Shown here in pieces: positions 14,617 through 26,800 of a DNA stretch of 64,000 nt (positions are counted from its first letter, which is position 1; each line of letters starts with the position of its first letter). Below the pieces are notes generated by a model. That model searched no databases, was not told the DNA's origin, and saw nothing but the letters and a program-made list of their open reading frames with translations. Origin of the DNA: Mobula hypostoma (Eukaryota); NCBI RefSeq assembly GCF_963921235.1, contig NC_086097.1:53012001-53076000 (forward strand), in the 5' to 3' direction. Position numbers and translations under genes: made by a program.

Positions 14617-15627
14617 AGTGTTTGACTGGGATGGTAGGAATAAGGTTCTGTGTTTGATTGGGGCAGTGGGAGAGGGGATGGAGTTGGGTTTTTGACTAGG
14701 GAGATTGGGATGGGCTGGGTTTCTGACTGGGGTGGTGGGGACTGGGTTGGGTTTCTGACTGGGGCAGTGGGGATGGGGTTGGGTTTCTGACTGGAGCGGT
14801 GGAGACGGGGTTCGGTTTCTGACTGGGGCGGTGGGGACAGGGGTTGGGTTTCTGACTGGGGCGGTGGTGATGGAGTTGGGTTTCTGACTGGGACTGTGGG
14901 GATGGGGTTGGGTTTCTGACTGGGGCAGTGGGGATGGGGTTGGGTTTCTTACTGGGGTGGTGGGGATGGGGTTGGGGTTGGGTTTCTGACTGGCACGGTG
15001 GGGATAGAGATGGGGTTGGGTTTCTGACTGGGGCGGTGGGGATGAGGTTGGGTTTCTGACTGGGACAATGGGGATGGGGATGGGGATGAGGTTGGGTTTC
15101 TGACTGGGACGGTGGGGATAGGGATGAGGTTGGGTTTCTGACTGGACAATGGGGGGGTTGGGGTTGGGTTTCTGATGGCACGGTGGGGATAGAGATGGGG
15201 TTGGGTTTCTGACTGGGACGGTGGGGATGAGGTTGGGTTTCTGACTGGGACGGTGGGGATGAGGTTGGGTTTCTGACTGGGACAGTGGGGATGGGGATGA
15301 GTTTGGGTTTCTGACTGGGACAATGAGGATGGGGATGAGGTTGGGTTTCTGACTGGACAATGGGGATGGGGATGAGTTTGGGTTTCTGACTGGGGCAATG
15401 GGGATGGGGATGAGGTTGGGTTTCTGACTGGGGCAATGGGGGATGGGGATGAGGTTGGGTTTCTGACTGGGACAATGGGGATAGGGATGGGGTTGGGTTT
15501 CTGACTGGGACAATGGGGATAGGGATGGGGTTGGGTTTCTGACTGGGACAATGGGGATAGGGATGGGGTTGGGTTTCTGACTGGGACAATGGGGATAGGG
15601 ATGGGGTTGGGTTTCTGACTGGGGCGG
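14617..15627. repeat. G-rich minisatellite, about 26 units of roughly 31-44 bp plus a few degenerate ones
   Basis: Core GGTTGGGTTTCTGACTGGG(A/G)C..TGGGGAT repeated; near-identical 38-bp units at the right end. Confidence 0.95.
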
Positions 15628-16150
15628 CGGTAACGCTGCGCTGGCTGAGGTATCCAAGTCTCTCGCCGGAGCTTAGGGCAACGCGCGACGTTGCGTTTGT
15701 GCAACGTGATGACGTACTGTTGATGTTGCTCCCCAGCAGCATGGCGGTTTGTGTGGTTCACTACACGTAACAGAACCGCGAATAATCTTGTCGCCGGGAT
15801 AAGAAACGTTTACTGTCCTGGGCAGGCCGTGAGATGGATGGGGTACACCTGGAGTTCCCGGCCTTGCCCTCTTCCAGGGAGGATGCGGGGGTAAGTAACC
15901 GAACCGGCGGCGAGTTCGGCCTCAAGTTGTGAACAAAGCCGGCTCCGCGGGTTCAGGGAGTAGTTGCGGGCCGAGTCGGCAGAGGCCCCTCGTCGCCGAG
16001 CCACAGCAGCTCCACACCGGTGCAGACTGGTGACTGCTCGACCTGTTGTCACTGTCACTGGCCGGGCTTCACTGAATTTCTGCATGCCGTCTGCTGCTTG
16101 GTGTTCGTGCTGACGGCTGCGCCTCAGGGAAACGGTTGAACTTCGCTGCA
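15620..16150 (+). promoter_or_regulatory. CpG-island promoter / first exon region of STYX
   Basis: Dense CpGs outside repeats; GC box GGGGCGG 15621-15627, CRE-like TGACGTA at about 15710, YY1-like ATGGCGG 15741-15747. Confidence 0.8.
15834..15890 (+). CDS. STYX: STYX coding exon 1 ([19 protein letters not shown])
   Basis: ATG in CpG-rich region, followed by GTAAGT donor; resembles human MEDVKLEFPSLPQCKEDAE. Confidence 0.92.
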
Positions 16151-17833
16151 CCAAGGAAACTATTTGGGGAATGTGGTTTGGTGCCTGTCAGTTTGTGGCG
16201 CCTTTTTCTTCAGTTGCCCCGTTTTGCTCCACTGCTAATTGAAATCACAACACCTAAGACCTAGGTCCAAAATAAAATCAAAAATAGTATATTTAATCTA
16301 AATTCAAAATTCCGTTACTAATTCAGGCAGATCAGGAGAACCTTGGGAATTATTAAAAGGGCTGTAATAATTAATATATTTGATAGTTGCATTCTTTTTA
16401 AAGTGCCAGACAGCTGAATTGACCACTTGTGAAATGAGAAGTTTGGTGTTTATCGAACTTATGATCTGTTTCTTCTAGGTTAAAGCCATGGCAGTTGGGT
16501 TGTCGAGAGAGCCAGATATTATATATTTAAAGTATTTTAAAAAACCGTTATTCATGTATTTTGTTCTTGAATGTGTTATCTGTCAGGTTATACAGGAATT
16601 GTTTGCTATGCACATGCTGTAATCAATTGATCAAGAACTAGAGGACGCTGAATTAAAGTGCTGTTACAAGTATCAAAAATACAGTGAATGCTTAGAGTCC
16701 AGTTGTACTGCCAGAGATATCTAGTGGAGGCAGATTCAATGCTAGAATTCATATGGGAACTGGATAAATATTTAAATGAAAATAACTTAATGACTGGGAT
16801 GGGGCCATGTGGAGAGGATGGAGGAATGGAACTGGCTTCCTGTTCTGTCATCATTCTCTGAATGCTAGTGCTGATGTAACAGCTCTTAACCTTTTAACTT
16901 ATTTCCTGTAAGGAAACCTGATTGTGAGCAAGATCCTCATTATTCATAGTTGTGGAGGTAGAAAACATCAAACTTTTTTTTATTTGAATATCAAAAAATG
17001 TAAAGCCTGAAAGTATCAGCAAGTAGTGGATGGCATATTGTGCAATATGATACTGTAATGTATATCTGGGTATAGTGTTTGTGGTTTTGTTTATTTTGAG
17101 GGGATATAGTTGAGAAATCTACAGGGGTGAGTACTAAGGTGTCAAATAATGTAGCCTTTCTGTAACTGTTGTGCTGTTTATTGTAGAAGCATATATATTT
17201 TTTCACAGTTATTACTGTTAATTCCTTTAACAGATTTTATAAGTTCAGTAACACTTGGGTATTTTAAATTGTTTTATAAAGGTTTGTATTGATAGTGTAA
17301 AAGAGGGTAACAGAATATCTAGATCTAAAAAGGTTTTAAGTAATTTTGATTCTGAAGTCTAGACACAATTACTTAATTAGCATATAAAGGATAAGGTTAA
17401 AGGTAAAGTGGGCGCAGAGGGAGCATGTTATTTATAACTGATGCTGCATATTGTTTTACAAAATATTTATGATGATATGACCATAAACAAAGCTTCCAAA
17501 TTACAAACAACAGGAATTCTGCAGATGCTGGAAATTCAAGCAACATACATCAAAATACATACTTCCAAATTACAGTTGGCTAGCAAACTTGAGAAATACT
17601 TGAGATACTTGAGAAATGGCTGGCAGTATCTTAACTGGAGAGCGCTTTTTTCCTGCTGCTGTATCACTCTACTTTTTGGATTCATTGCATTCTTTTCATG
17701 AAAATAACATTTATTCCTGTTTTTATTGCTGTTGATATTTTTACTTGCATAGTGTGTGACCCATTGCACATAAGTAAAACAGGTGTGTGTGTATATGTGT
17801 AATAATATATGTGTATATGTGAGTAAGTGCATG

Positions 17834-17866
<33 letters not shown>

Positions 17867-20800
17867 CCACCCACCCACCCACCACATTTCGGATTGAACT
17901 TAGGGTTTTTAAAAACATTAAATAAAAATGGCTGAAAACTGTCCCTAAAATTAGTATTGCATTGATTATTGGATTATTAAGCAGTTAAAGGTAAAATGGA
18001 TCCAATAAGAGCATAGATTTGTCAAATTGTACATTTTAGAACTGATGTGAAAGAATTTCATTCAAATATCTAAGGGAATATCAGTCACATGTTGCTGTTG
18101 ACCTTTATCAAAAGAGGCCTTTATTGGTTTCAGGTTTGAGTGGTTAAGTAGCCTGCTTATGTACTTTTAACTTCCTGCACTATGTAATTTTCCAAAAGTT
18201 TGAATCCAGTGTGGTGCTTCAGTGCCATGATTTTTGACTCATGATTTGCTGTTACCAGTTGATTGCAAAAAGATTAAAATTTATACTTTGAAGAATTGAG
18301 CAAGGTAAACAATTGATTAAAGTTTACTGGTTATAGTTTTTTAAAATTACTATTAAAGTTAGAATTTTTGTAAAAGTTAACATATTTCATATATGTAATA
18401 TTGGCATTTTAATATTTCATTATGACAGCAAGAAAGGTCTTGATCGTTTTTAAGGTATTCGATTTCTATTAGCCATAAAGTATGGAGAGATGACTGTAAC
18501 ATTTCATGAATGTAAGAACTGCAGTTAAGATTTTTATCCTGTAATTATTTTTTAAAGATCTTCTGCAGGTGTCTGCTTTTTATCCTCAAAGTAACCAGAA
18601 ATAGCAATTTCCTCATTACACAGATTATTATCAAGCTAGTTAACAACTTGCTATCATCTTTCTTCCTTTCTGTTTTATCTCTTTTCTATATTGTTCTTTG
18701 TCTTTGAATTTTCATTACCTGTTTAGATGTACCTGCCATTTTCCCAAGTGTCAGACACAAACATTAGTAGTAGTAAAATGGCAGTATGAAAGAGAGTAAC
18801 TTAGCAGATGTTTTCTCTTATTCCTTGACTAGAATCTTACATAGAATCTTCATTATTCTGATTTACTTTAAATGATGAAGTCATCATCTGCCATCTTCAA
18901 AATTCATCCTGTTTACAAATAGTTCAGTAACACTTTTTAAGGAGAACAAATTGAATAATAATAAAGTCGGATTTTTTTGGAGCCTGTTTATGCAAAATTA
19001 TTTCATAAGGAATTCAGACTAGTTAAGTATGGTTTAAATATTCTTCTACAAATGAACCACAAGCCTTCCCCTGGATACTTGATGAAATTCACAATCTGAG
19101 ATGAGGTTTGTGGAATTTGAAAGGACGATAAACCAATTGGATCTTCATGATTTCAAGTCAGAGAGAGGAAACGAATGCTCATTTATCAGCAAAACTTCAC
19201 AGCTGTATTATCTTACAACTGTTCTTTACTATTTTAGGATTGGATGTATCCAATGAGACGAGCAATGCAGGTATTCTTAAACATTTTGTATTTGCAAGAG
19301 GAGATGAATTAATGTTGATGAAATGAATGTTGTTTATAATATGTAAGATAAAAGTATAGTCTGAGTGATTTTTTTAAGTTGTACATTTTTATAAATGAAA
19401 TATTTTATAGATGAATTATGTGTGTATTATGGATCTAGTTAAAAGTGCATTGTATTTGCTAGAATAGGGATAACTAGAAGTAACCAGAATAACTGCGTGT
19501 CCCTATTTGCTGTCCTGACAAGAATGTCAGTCTGGCTATTCTCTCAGCTCCTTTGGCAAAATAATTTCAAGTAGAAGATTATTAATTTGTCATTAAATGA
19601 CTGACTTTACATTAACATACAATGTTTTTATGACCCCTCTTCATTTATTTTTATTCTCTACAATTCCACCCCCCCCGCCCCCACTCTGCCACTCCTTCCA
19701 ATTAACGCATGGTTAAGAGTCAATGATGGAAGATGAGATTTGGCAGGCCTACCCAATAACAGTGCCATTACATTAAAATGTGAAGTGACCAGGATAATCT
19801 GTTATGATGCTTGAATGTCCTTCCATGGTATAAATTCAGTAGTTTTGTTTTGGATTGCTCCTGGGTATAATAATACCTTCTGCCAGGATTGGAATAGAAA
19901 TAAGCAGACAGATTTCTGTTTAAAATTGATGGGAAGGTGATGAGAGAAGAATATTGTGAGAACAAGAATTGTTATACACCATGTGGGAAGACTTATTGTG
20001 GCTATTATCTGTCAGCAGTTTTCTTGTTTGGGTGTTGTTGAACAGAATATGTGGATTTTTTTTTTGCATTATGACTGAGTAGAGTTTTGTGCTGTGAATT
20101 AAGGAGCAAAATACAGAAAATACAGGAATTCAATCCTTCCATAAAGAATACATAGCGTTATTGCATTTGGTGATAATAGAAAGGAGAAACTTTAATCATA
20201 GAAACATTTTAAAATGAATGTTGGGTTTTACTAAATCATTTAAAACTTGATATTTTCAGTCAAATAGCTCTTATCATTCCACTTGCCAATAAGAATCCAC
20301 TGTGTGTGTTATTTAGTTTTTATCTATTGTGCCATTCTTAACTTTCTTTCACAGGAGATACTACCTGGCTTGTACTTGGGTCCATATTCTGCCGCTATGA
20401 AAAGTAAGGTATGAACTTTAATAAATAAAAGAAAAAGCACTGAACACATTGAAAGTTTCCAAGAGCAACTATGTCATTTTATAATTATAGGATTATACAA
20501 AATAGCATTCATTGTCTGTTGAAACCTAAACAAAATTGAATATTCTGACTTTTTATTCAGAATCAATCAATCAGTAAAAATCAATCAGTAATTGATTTTT
20601 AAAATCAGAATCAGGTTTATTATCACCTGCATGTAACGTGAAAATTGTTAACTTAGTAGCAGCAGTTCAATGTAATACATAATATAGAAGAGAAAAACAA
20701 ATAAATGAACAAGTAAATCAATTACAGTTCACGTATATTAGTAGATTTTTTAAAAAATGTGCAAAAAACAGAAATACTGCACTTAAAAAAGTGAGGTAGT

Positions 20801-23800
20801 GTCCAAGGATTCAGTGTCCATTTATGAATCAGATGGCAGAGGGGAAGAAGCTGTTCCTGAATCGCTGTGTGTATGCCTTCAGGCTTCTGTACCTCCTACC
20901 TGATGGTAACAGTGAGAAAAGGGCATGCCCTGGGTGCTGGAGGTCCTTGGGGATCATGGATGCTGCCTTTGTGAGAAATCGCTCCCTGAAGATGTCCTGG
21001 GTACTTTGTAGGCTAGTTCCCAAGATGGAGCTGAATTGAGTAAAAGAGTGAGCTTAAAGATATACAATTCATTTGTAAAAATTATTTCATATGCCTGGAG
21101 TAAGAAAGCAAGGTAGTCTTGTTACTTATGTTGGGTTAAAAATGTGGTGTTTAAACTGCAGCTCTGGGAATTGAAAGGAGATGAAGTTCTTTAACAGTGA
21201 CCTAAACACTAGTTGCATATTTATACCCTGATAAATTAAATCTCTATTCCTCTTGTAGCATCAACAAACATGGAGCTCTTGGCTGCTGAGCCTTTTTATC
21301 TTTAAATAAACATGATGCTGCACCCATAGTATGAGTTTGTGAAGTGTCGATACCCCACTATGCTGGAAGGGAAAACATCACCTGCAGAAAGCAATGGTTG
21401 TTGAAAGACTATTTGAGTCTACTCGTACTTTTATCTCTTTCAGTAAATAGTAGAAGCACCCTTCAACTTCAAAATTACTCCAAAGCATTGATTTCTGAAA
21501 TGAATGTAGTAGCCATTATCTGTAAGCTTAGTCCTAGTCTGTTGCTTCACAGACAAAATATAAATACTACTTCAGTACTAGTAGAATGCACATTCAAAAG
21601 AACTCCATAGTAGTACTATGGTGAAATCTTGATCTTTTCATGTGTCACATGCAGCACAAGCATTAGGGTTATTACCATATTGACATTTTGAAACAGCTGG
21701 TGTATAGCTATGCCCTAGTTTGCACTGTTTTGAGTGTCAACATGTATCTGTCGACTTACATTGATTCCTTGTCTAGCAATAACTTGGTTTCAAAATTAAA
21801 GTCAATTTTTGTTTTGAAATGGCCACTGTGTTCACCTTTCCTACCTCTAAAGCTTTACTAGCTCTAGAATTTGTGATTTCCCAATTTAATTGCAGTATCA
21901 TTGTGCCATCAGCTTCGTAAAGTCTGACACTGAAATTCTTTCCTGAACCTTTCCATTAGTCTTATTCTCTTTAAGATTCTACTTGAAACTTACCTCTTTG
22001 ATCAAGCTGTTGTTTACCTGTCCAAATATTTTGTTCAATAATTACTCCAGGGCAGTTTTGTGGCATTACATCTACACTATAATTGCAAATTTGAGTGACT
22101 GCTTAGGCAATGTAATGCCTAAGTAATGTTGCAGAATTGTCAGTTTTGAGAAGAATCTGACCAATTGAAGCTAGTCATGTCACATCAGATAAATCAGACA
22201 GGACTGATTTGGCTGAATGCCTGTCTGTGCTCTCAATCTTTATGCTGAAATTGTTTATTATCATATTCACAAGAATATGAATGCACAATGGCAATGAAAA
22301 ACCTCCATAGTATCATACAAGCAGCATTTCTCAAGAAAAACATAAATATAAATGTACACAATTTTTTACAGGAAGGCAATTGGAATTTTTTTAAAAAAGT
22401 TCATTTTAGTGCAAACTGGTCATAGTGCAAAATCCGAATCACAGTTTGATAATACTAACAGTTTAGCAATACTATGTTAATACTGTCTTAACCATACAGT
22501 TCAAGACTGTATAGTTAACTTGCAGATTCAGTCAGTGGTAAGGAAGGCAAATGCAAATATTAGCATTCAGAGAAGGTTCACAAGAATGATTCTGGAAATG
22601 AATGGGTTAACATATGGAGACCATTTGATAGCTCTGGGCCTGTTCTCGATGTAGTTTAGAAGAATGGAGGGGATTTTCATTGAAACCTGTCAAATATTGA
22701 AAGACCTATATATAGTGGATGTGAAGAAAATATTTTCTATAGTGGAGGAGTCTAGGCCAGAGGGCACAGCCTCAGAGTAGAAGGATGTCCCTCTAAAACA
22801 GATGAGGAGAAATTTCTTTAGCCACAGAGTGGTGATTCTGTGGAATTCATTGCCTTGGATGGCAGTGGAGACCAAGTGTATTTAAAGCAGAGGTTGATAT
22901 GTTCTTGATTAGTGAGGTTGTTAAAGATTATGGGGAGAAGGCAGGAGAATGCGGTTGTGAAGGATAATAAATCAGCCATGATGGAATAGCGAAGCAGACT
23001 CAATGAGCCAAATGGTTTGATTCTGCTCTTGTGTCTTATGGTCTTAAGGAAGTAACTGTTCTTGAACCTGATGGTATTGGACTTCAGATTTCTGTACCTT
23101 TTGCCTGTTGTTAGCTGCAAAAAGATATCATAGCCCAAGTGGTGAGGATCTTTGAGGATCTTTTGCCTGTTGTTAGCTGCAAAAAGATATCATAGCCCAA
23201 ATGGTGAGGATCTTTGAGGATCTTTTGCCTGTTGTTAGCTGCAAAAAGATATCATAGCCCAAATGGTGAGGATCTTTGATAGGTGCTGCCGCCCTGAGGC
23301 ACTGCCACGTGTAGACACTACCAGTGGTGGCAAGGGATATATCTGTGATGTATTGGACATAGTTCACTACTCTCTGCAGCTTCTTCCATTCCTGCTCATT
23401 CAGATTGCTGTACCAGACCATGAAGCCAACAGTTAGGATACTTTCAAAAATATATCTGTAGAAGTTTTTGGTGACAAGCTGAACCTCCTTAATATCCTAA
23501 TATCAGAGTTGAATGTATTGTCATATACACAAGTACATATATGCACAGGTGCAATGAAAAACATGCAGCAGCAGTACAGGCACATAGCATCAGGTAGGCA
23601 GCATTCACAAGGAAAATTCTAATTTTACATAAATTATACGCAATTTTTATAAGAAACCATAATTAGAATAAAAAATTTCAAAGTTCCAAGTTAATTTATT
23701 ACCAAAGTACATGTATGTCACCATATACAACCCTGAGGTTCATTTCCTTGTGGCATACTCAATAAATCAAAGAAACATTATAGAATCAATGAAAGATCGC

Positions 23801-26800
23801 ACCAACAGGGTAGACAAACAACCAATCTGCAAAAGACAATGAACTGCAAATACAAAAGAAAAATAATTAAACAATAAGTATTGAGAACATGAGATAAAGA
23901 ATCCTTGAAAGTAAGTCCATTGATTGTAGGAACAGTTCAGTGATGGGGCAAGTGAAACTATGTCAAGGTATCCCCACTGGTTCAAGAGCCTGCTGGTTGT
24001 GGGGTAATAACTGTTCCTGAACCTGGTAGTGTGAGTCCTGAGGCTTCTGCACCACCTTTCTGGTGGCATCAGCAAGAAGAGAGCATGGCTTGAGTGGTGG
24101 GGTTCCTTGATGGTGGGGAGGGCTTTATCTGTGATGGACTGGGCTAATCCACTACTGTTCAAGGGCATTGGTGTTTCCACACCAGGCTATGATACAACCA
24201 GTAAATGTACTCTCCACTATGGAAGCTTGTCAAAGTTTTAGATGTCAAGCTGAATCTGTGCAAACTGATAAGGAAGTAGAGGCATTGCTGTGCTTTCTTC
24301 ATAATTACACATACGCTGAGTGCAGGACAGATCCTCTGAAATGATAACACAGAGGATCCTCTCCACCTTTCATCCCCTGATAAAGACTGGCTTATGGATT
24401 TCCAGTTTCCTTCTCATGAAACAATGATCAGCTCCTTGGTCTTGCTGACACTGAGTGAGAGGTTGTTGTTGTGACACCACTCAGCCATATTTTCAATCCC
24501 ACTCCTATATGCTGATTAGTCATCACCTTTGATTTAGCTATCTACAGTGGTGTCATCAGAAAACTTTCTTTTTTCTTTTTCAATCTTTTTATTAGCTTCA
24601 ACATCATACACATTAAAAAAATAAGTACAGAGCGATTGGAATTGTATTAATTAATAATTATTATTTTATACAAGTATACAGTCAAGTAACACATAGTTAG
24701 TAAACCTCCCAAAATCTCACAAATTAGCAATAGAATATATAAAAAAATATATATAAAAATACAAAAATATCATTAAAAAAGCAGAAAAAGAAAAAAAAAT
24801 ATATATCCCATTAGAAAAAAAAAACTAATCTACCCAAACTAAAAGAAAGCTAAGGAAAAGAAAAAGAAGGGGCTATTATGATACCTCAGATAAAACCAAT
24901 AGTGTCGCCACTTACGCTTCTCTCCCCATATATTGAAATCACAAAATAGATTTGGAAAGGGTCAAATTACATCATGTGGAAATATTGAATAAATGGTCTC
25001 CAAGTCTCATCAAATTTAATAGATGGGTCATAAATGACACTTCTAATTTTTTCTAGATTTAAACAAGGCATAGTTTGAGAAAACCAATGAAATGTAGTAG
25101 GAAGAAAACTTAAATATGGCAATAGCCTCACAGTCATAAGTATAAAGTGAGTAGAGCAGGGGACTAAGCCCACAGCCTTGTGGTCATAGTGGAATGTGGT
25201 CACATTAAATGTAGTGATTAGGGTTTAGCTGGTTACTTCAAGGACTGAATAGTTGAAAGGAAGTGTTAAGTGAAGTAGCTGAACATGAACCTGTTAGTGT
25301 GGGTCTTCAGGCTTCTGTACTTCTTGTCCAATGGTAGATGCTGGCATGCTTTCCTTCTGATTGCATCTATGTGCTGGGCCCAGGACCGGTTATCCGATTT
25401 GTTAATGCCTAGGAATTTAAAGCTGCTGCACCACCAAATTTTACCCGGTGTAAACTGGCATTTGTCAGTTTATTTTGGGGGAATTAATGATGGAGGTGGT
25501 CCTTCTGTTTATTATTATTTTCTTTTTCTTTTGTATTTGCACAATTTGTTGTCTTTTGCACATTGGTTGTTTGATTGTCTTTGTTAATTTTTCATTGATT
25601 ATACTGTGTTTCTCTGTGTTTACTGTGAACACCCACAAGAAAATGATTCTCGGTAGTATATGGTGACATACGTGTACTTTGATAATAAATTTACTTTGAA
25701 CTTTGAGTGTTGCTTGTCGTCCTTCCCCTTTCTGAAGTCAACAATGAGCTATCTTGTTTTGCTAATGCTGAGCAAGAGGTTTTTGTCACAGTACCACTCA
25801 ACCAGGTGTCCCATCTCACTCTGGTAAGCTCACCCATCACCACCTATGATTCGTTTAACAACAGGAGTGTTGTTGGCAAATGTGAAGATGGCTTGAACTT
25901 GGGCTTCTTGCTGTTTGAAAATCATTCCATTTGTGTTTGTAGATGAAAGGTCTAAAATAAAACTTTTTGTTTGGTAGCTTCCCATTCTTGAAGAAAATGG
26001 AATAACTCACATTATATGTGTACGGCAAGATATTGAAGCAAACTTCATCAAGGCAAATTTCCAAGAGAAATTTAGGTAACTTTTATTTTAAATTTTTATG
26101 TTCATTTTTTGTCGCTGATTATTAAATAGTTGCAATTGAAATGTTTGTTTCGGTTCTTCGTGGAGTGATATGTTTCTGCAGTGGCTTTTATAGAATTACT
26201 GAATCAAATATTATTTGCAGGAATATTTTAACAGATTTGAATTGTTTTTATTTCATGATTTAAGTCTTAGCTGGTACTTAGCTAAATTTAACTACTTACC
26301 TGTCTCTTTTTAACTGCAAATCAAGTCATTTTTTTCACTTGTGAGAATCAATAGCATTGCAACAGAAGTAATGACTTTCCTTACTATTTTATTGTTATTA
26401 CTATTCAATTCTTTCTTCTAGTGCTCCTTGGGGGTACATCTGTTTAATATTTTAACAGGCGAGGCAGTGAGGCAGAAGCAGATATGCATACCAAGTGTTG
26501 CCCTCCATTCTAGTTTTAACAAACATATCTTCCCGTCAGGCAACTTTTTCTTAATCTTAATGGAGCCAACTGAGGAAGTGCCAGAAAGATGAGCAGGTCA
26601 CCTTAATAAAATTGGTGTTCTTGTCAGTCAAACTTTTAAAACAGCTTGTCAAACTTGTCCTATACTTTCATTTGAAAGCACTCTGAATTTTGGATATTGT
26701 GTGGTGAAAAGGTAACACGTCTTGAGTTTGAAATATTCTCTGTTTTGTCTTGTAGGTATTTAATTTTGGATATTGCTGATAATCCAGTGGAAAATATAAT

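Noticed and set aside
14617..15627. CRISPR array or telomere repeat
   Set aside because: The intervening sequences are variants of one motif, not unique spacers; no cas genes; not (TTAGGG)n
14596..15761. 353-aa and 270-aa proline-rich ORFs as mucin/extensin-like genes
   Set aside because: They translate the minisatellite, lack true ATG starts, and all three frames are open for compositional reasons
15650..15825. Possible 5'-UTR intron (GAG|gtatcc .. ggcag|)
   Set aside because: Weak signals that cannot be supported without transcripts
18134..18304. Possible cassette exon in intron 1 (tttcag .. AAG|gtaaac)
   Set aside because: Contains an in-frame stop and is not needed for the STYX frame; no further evidence
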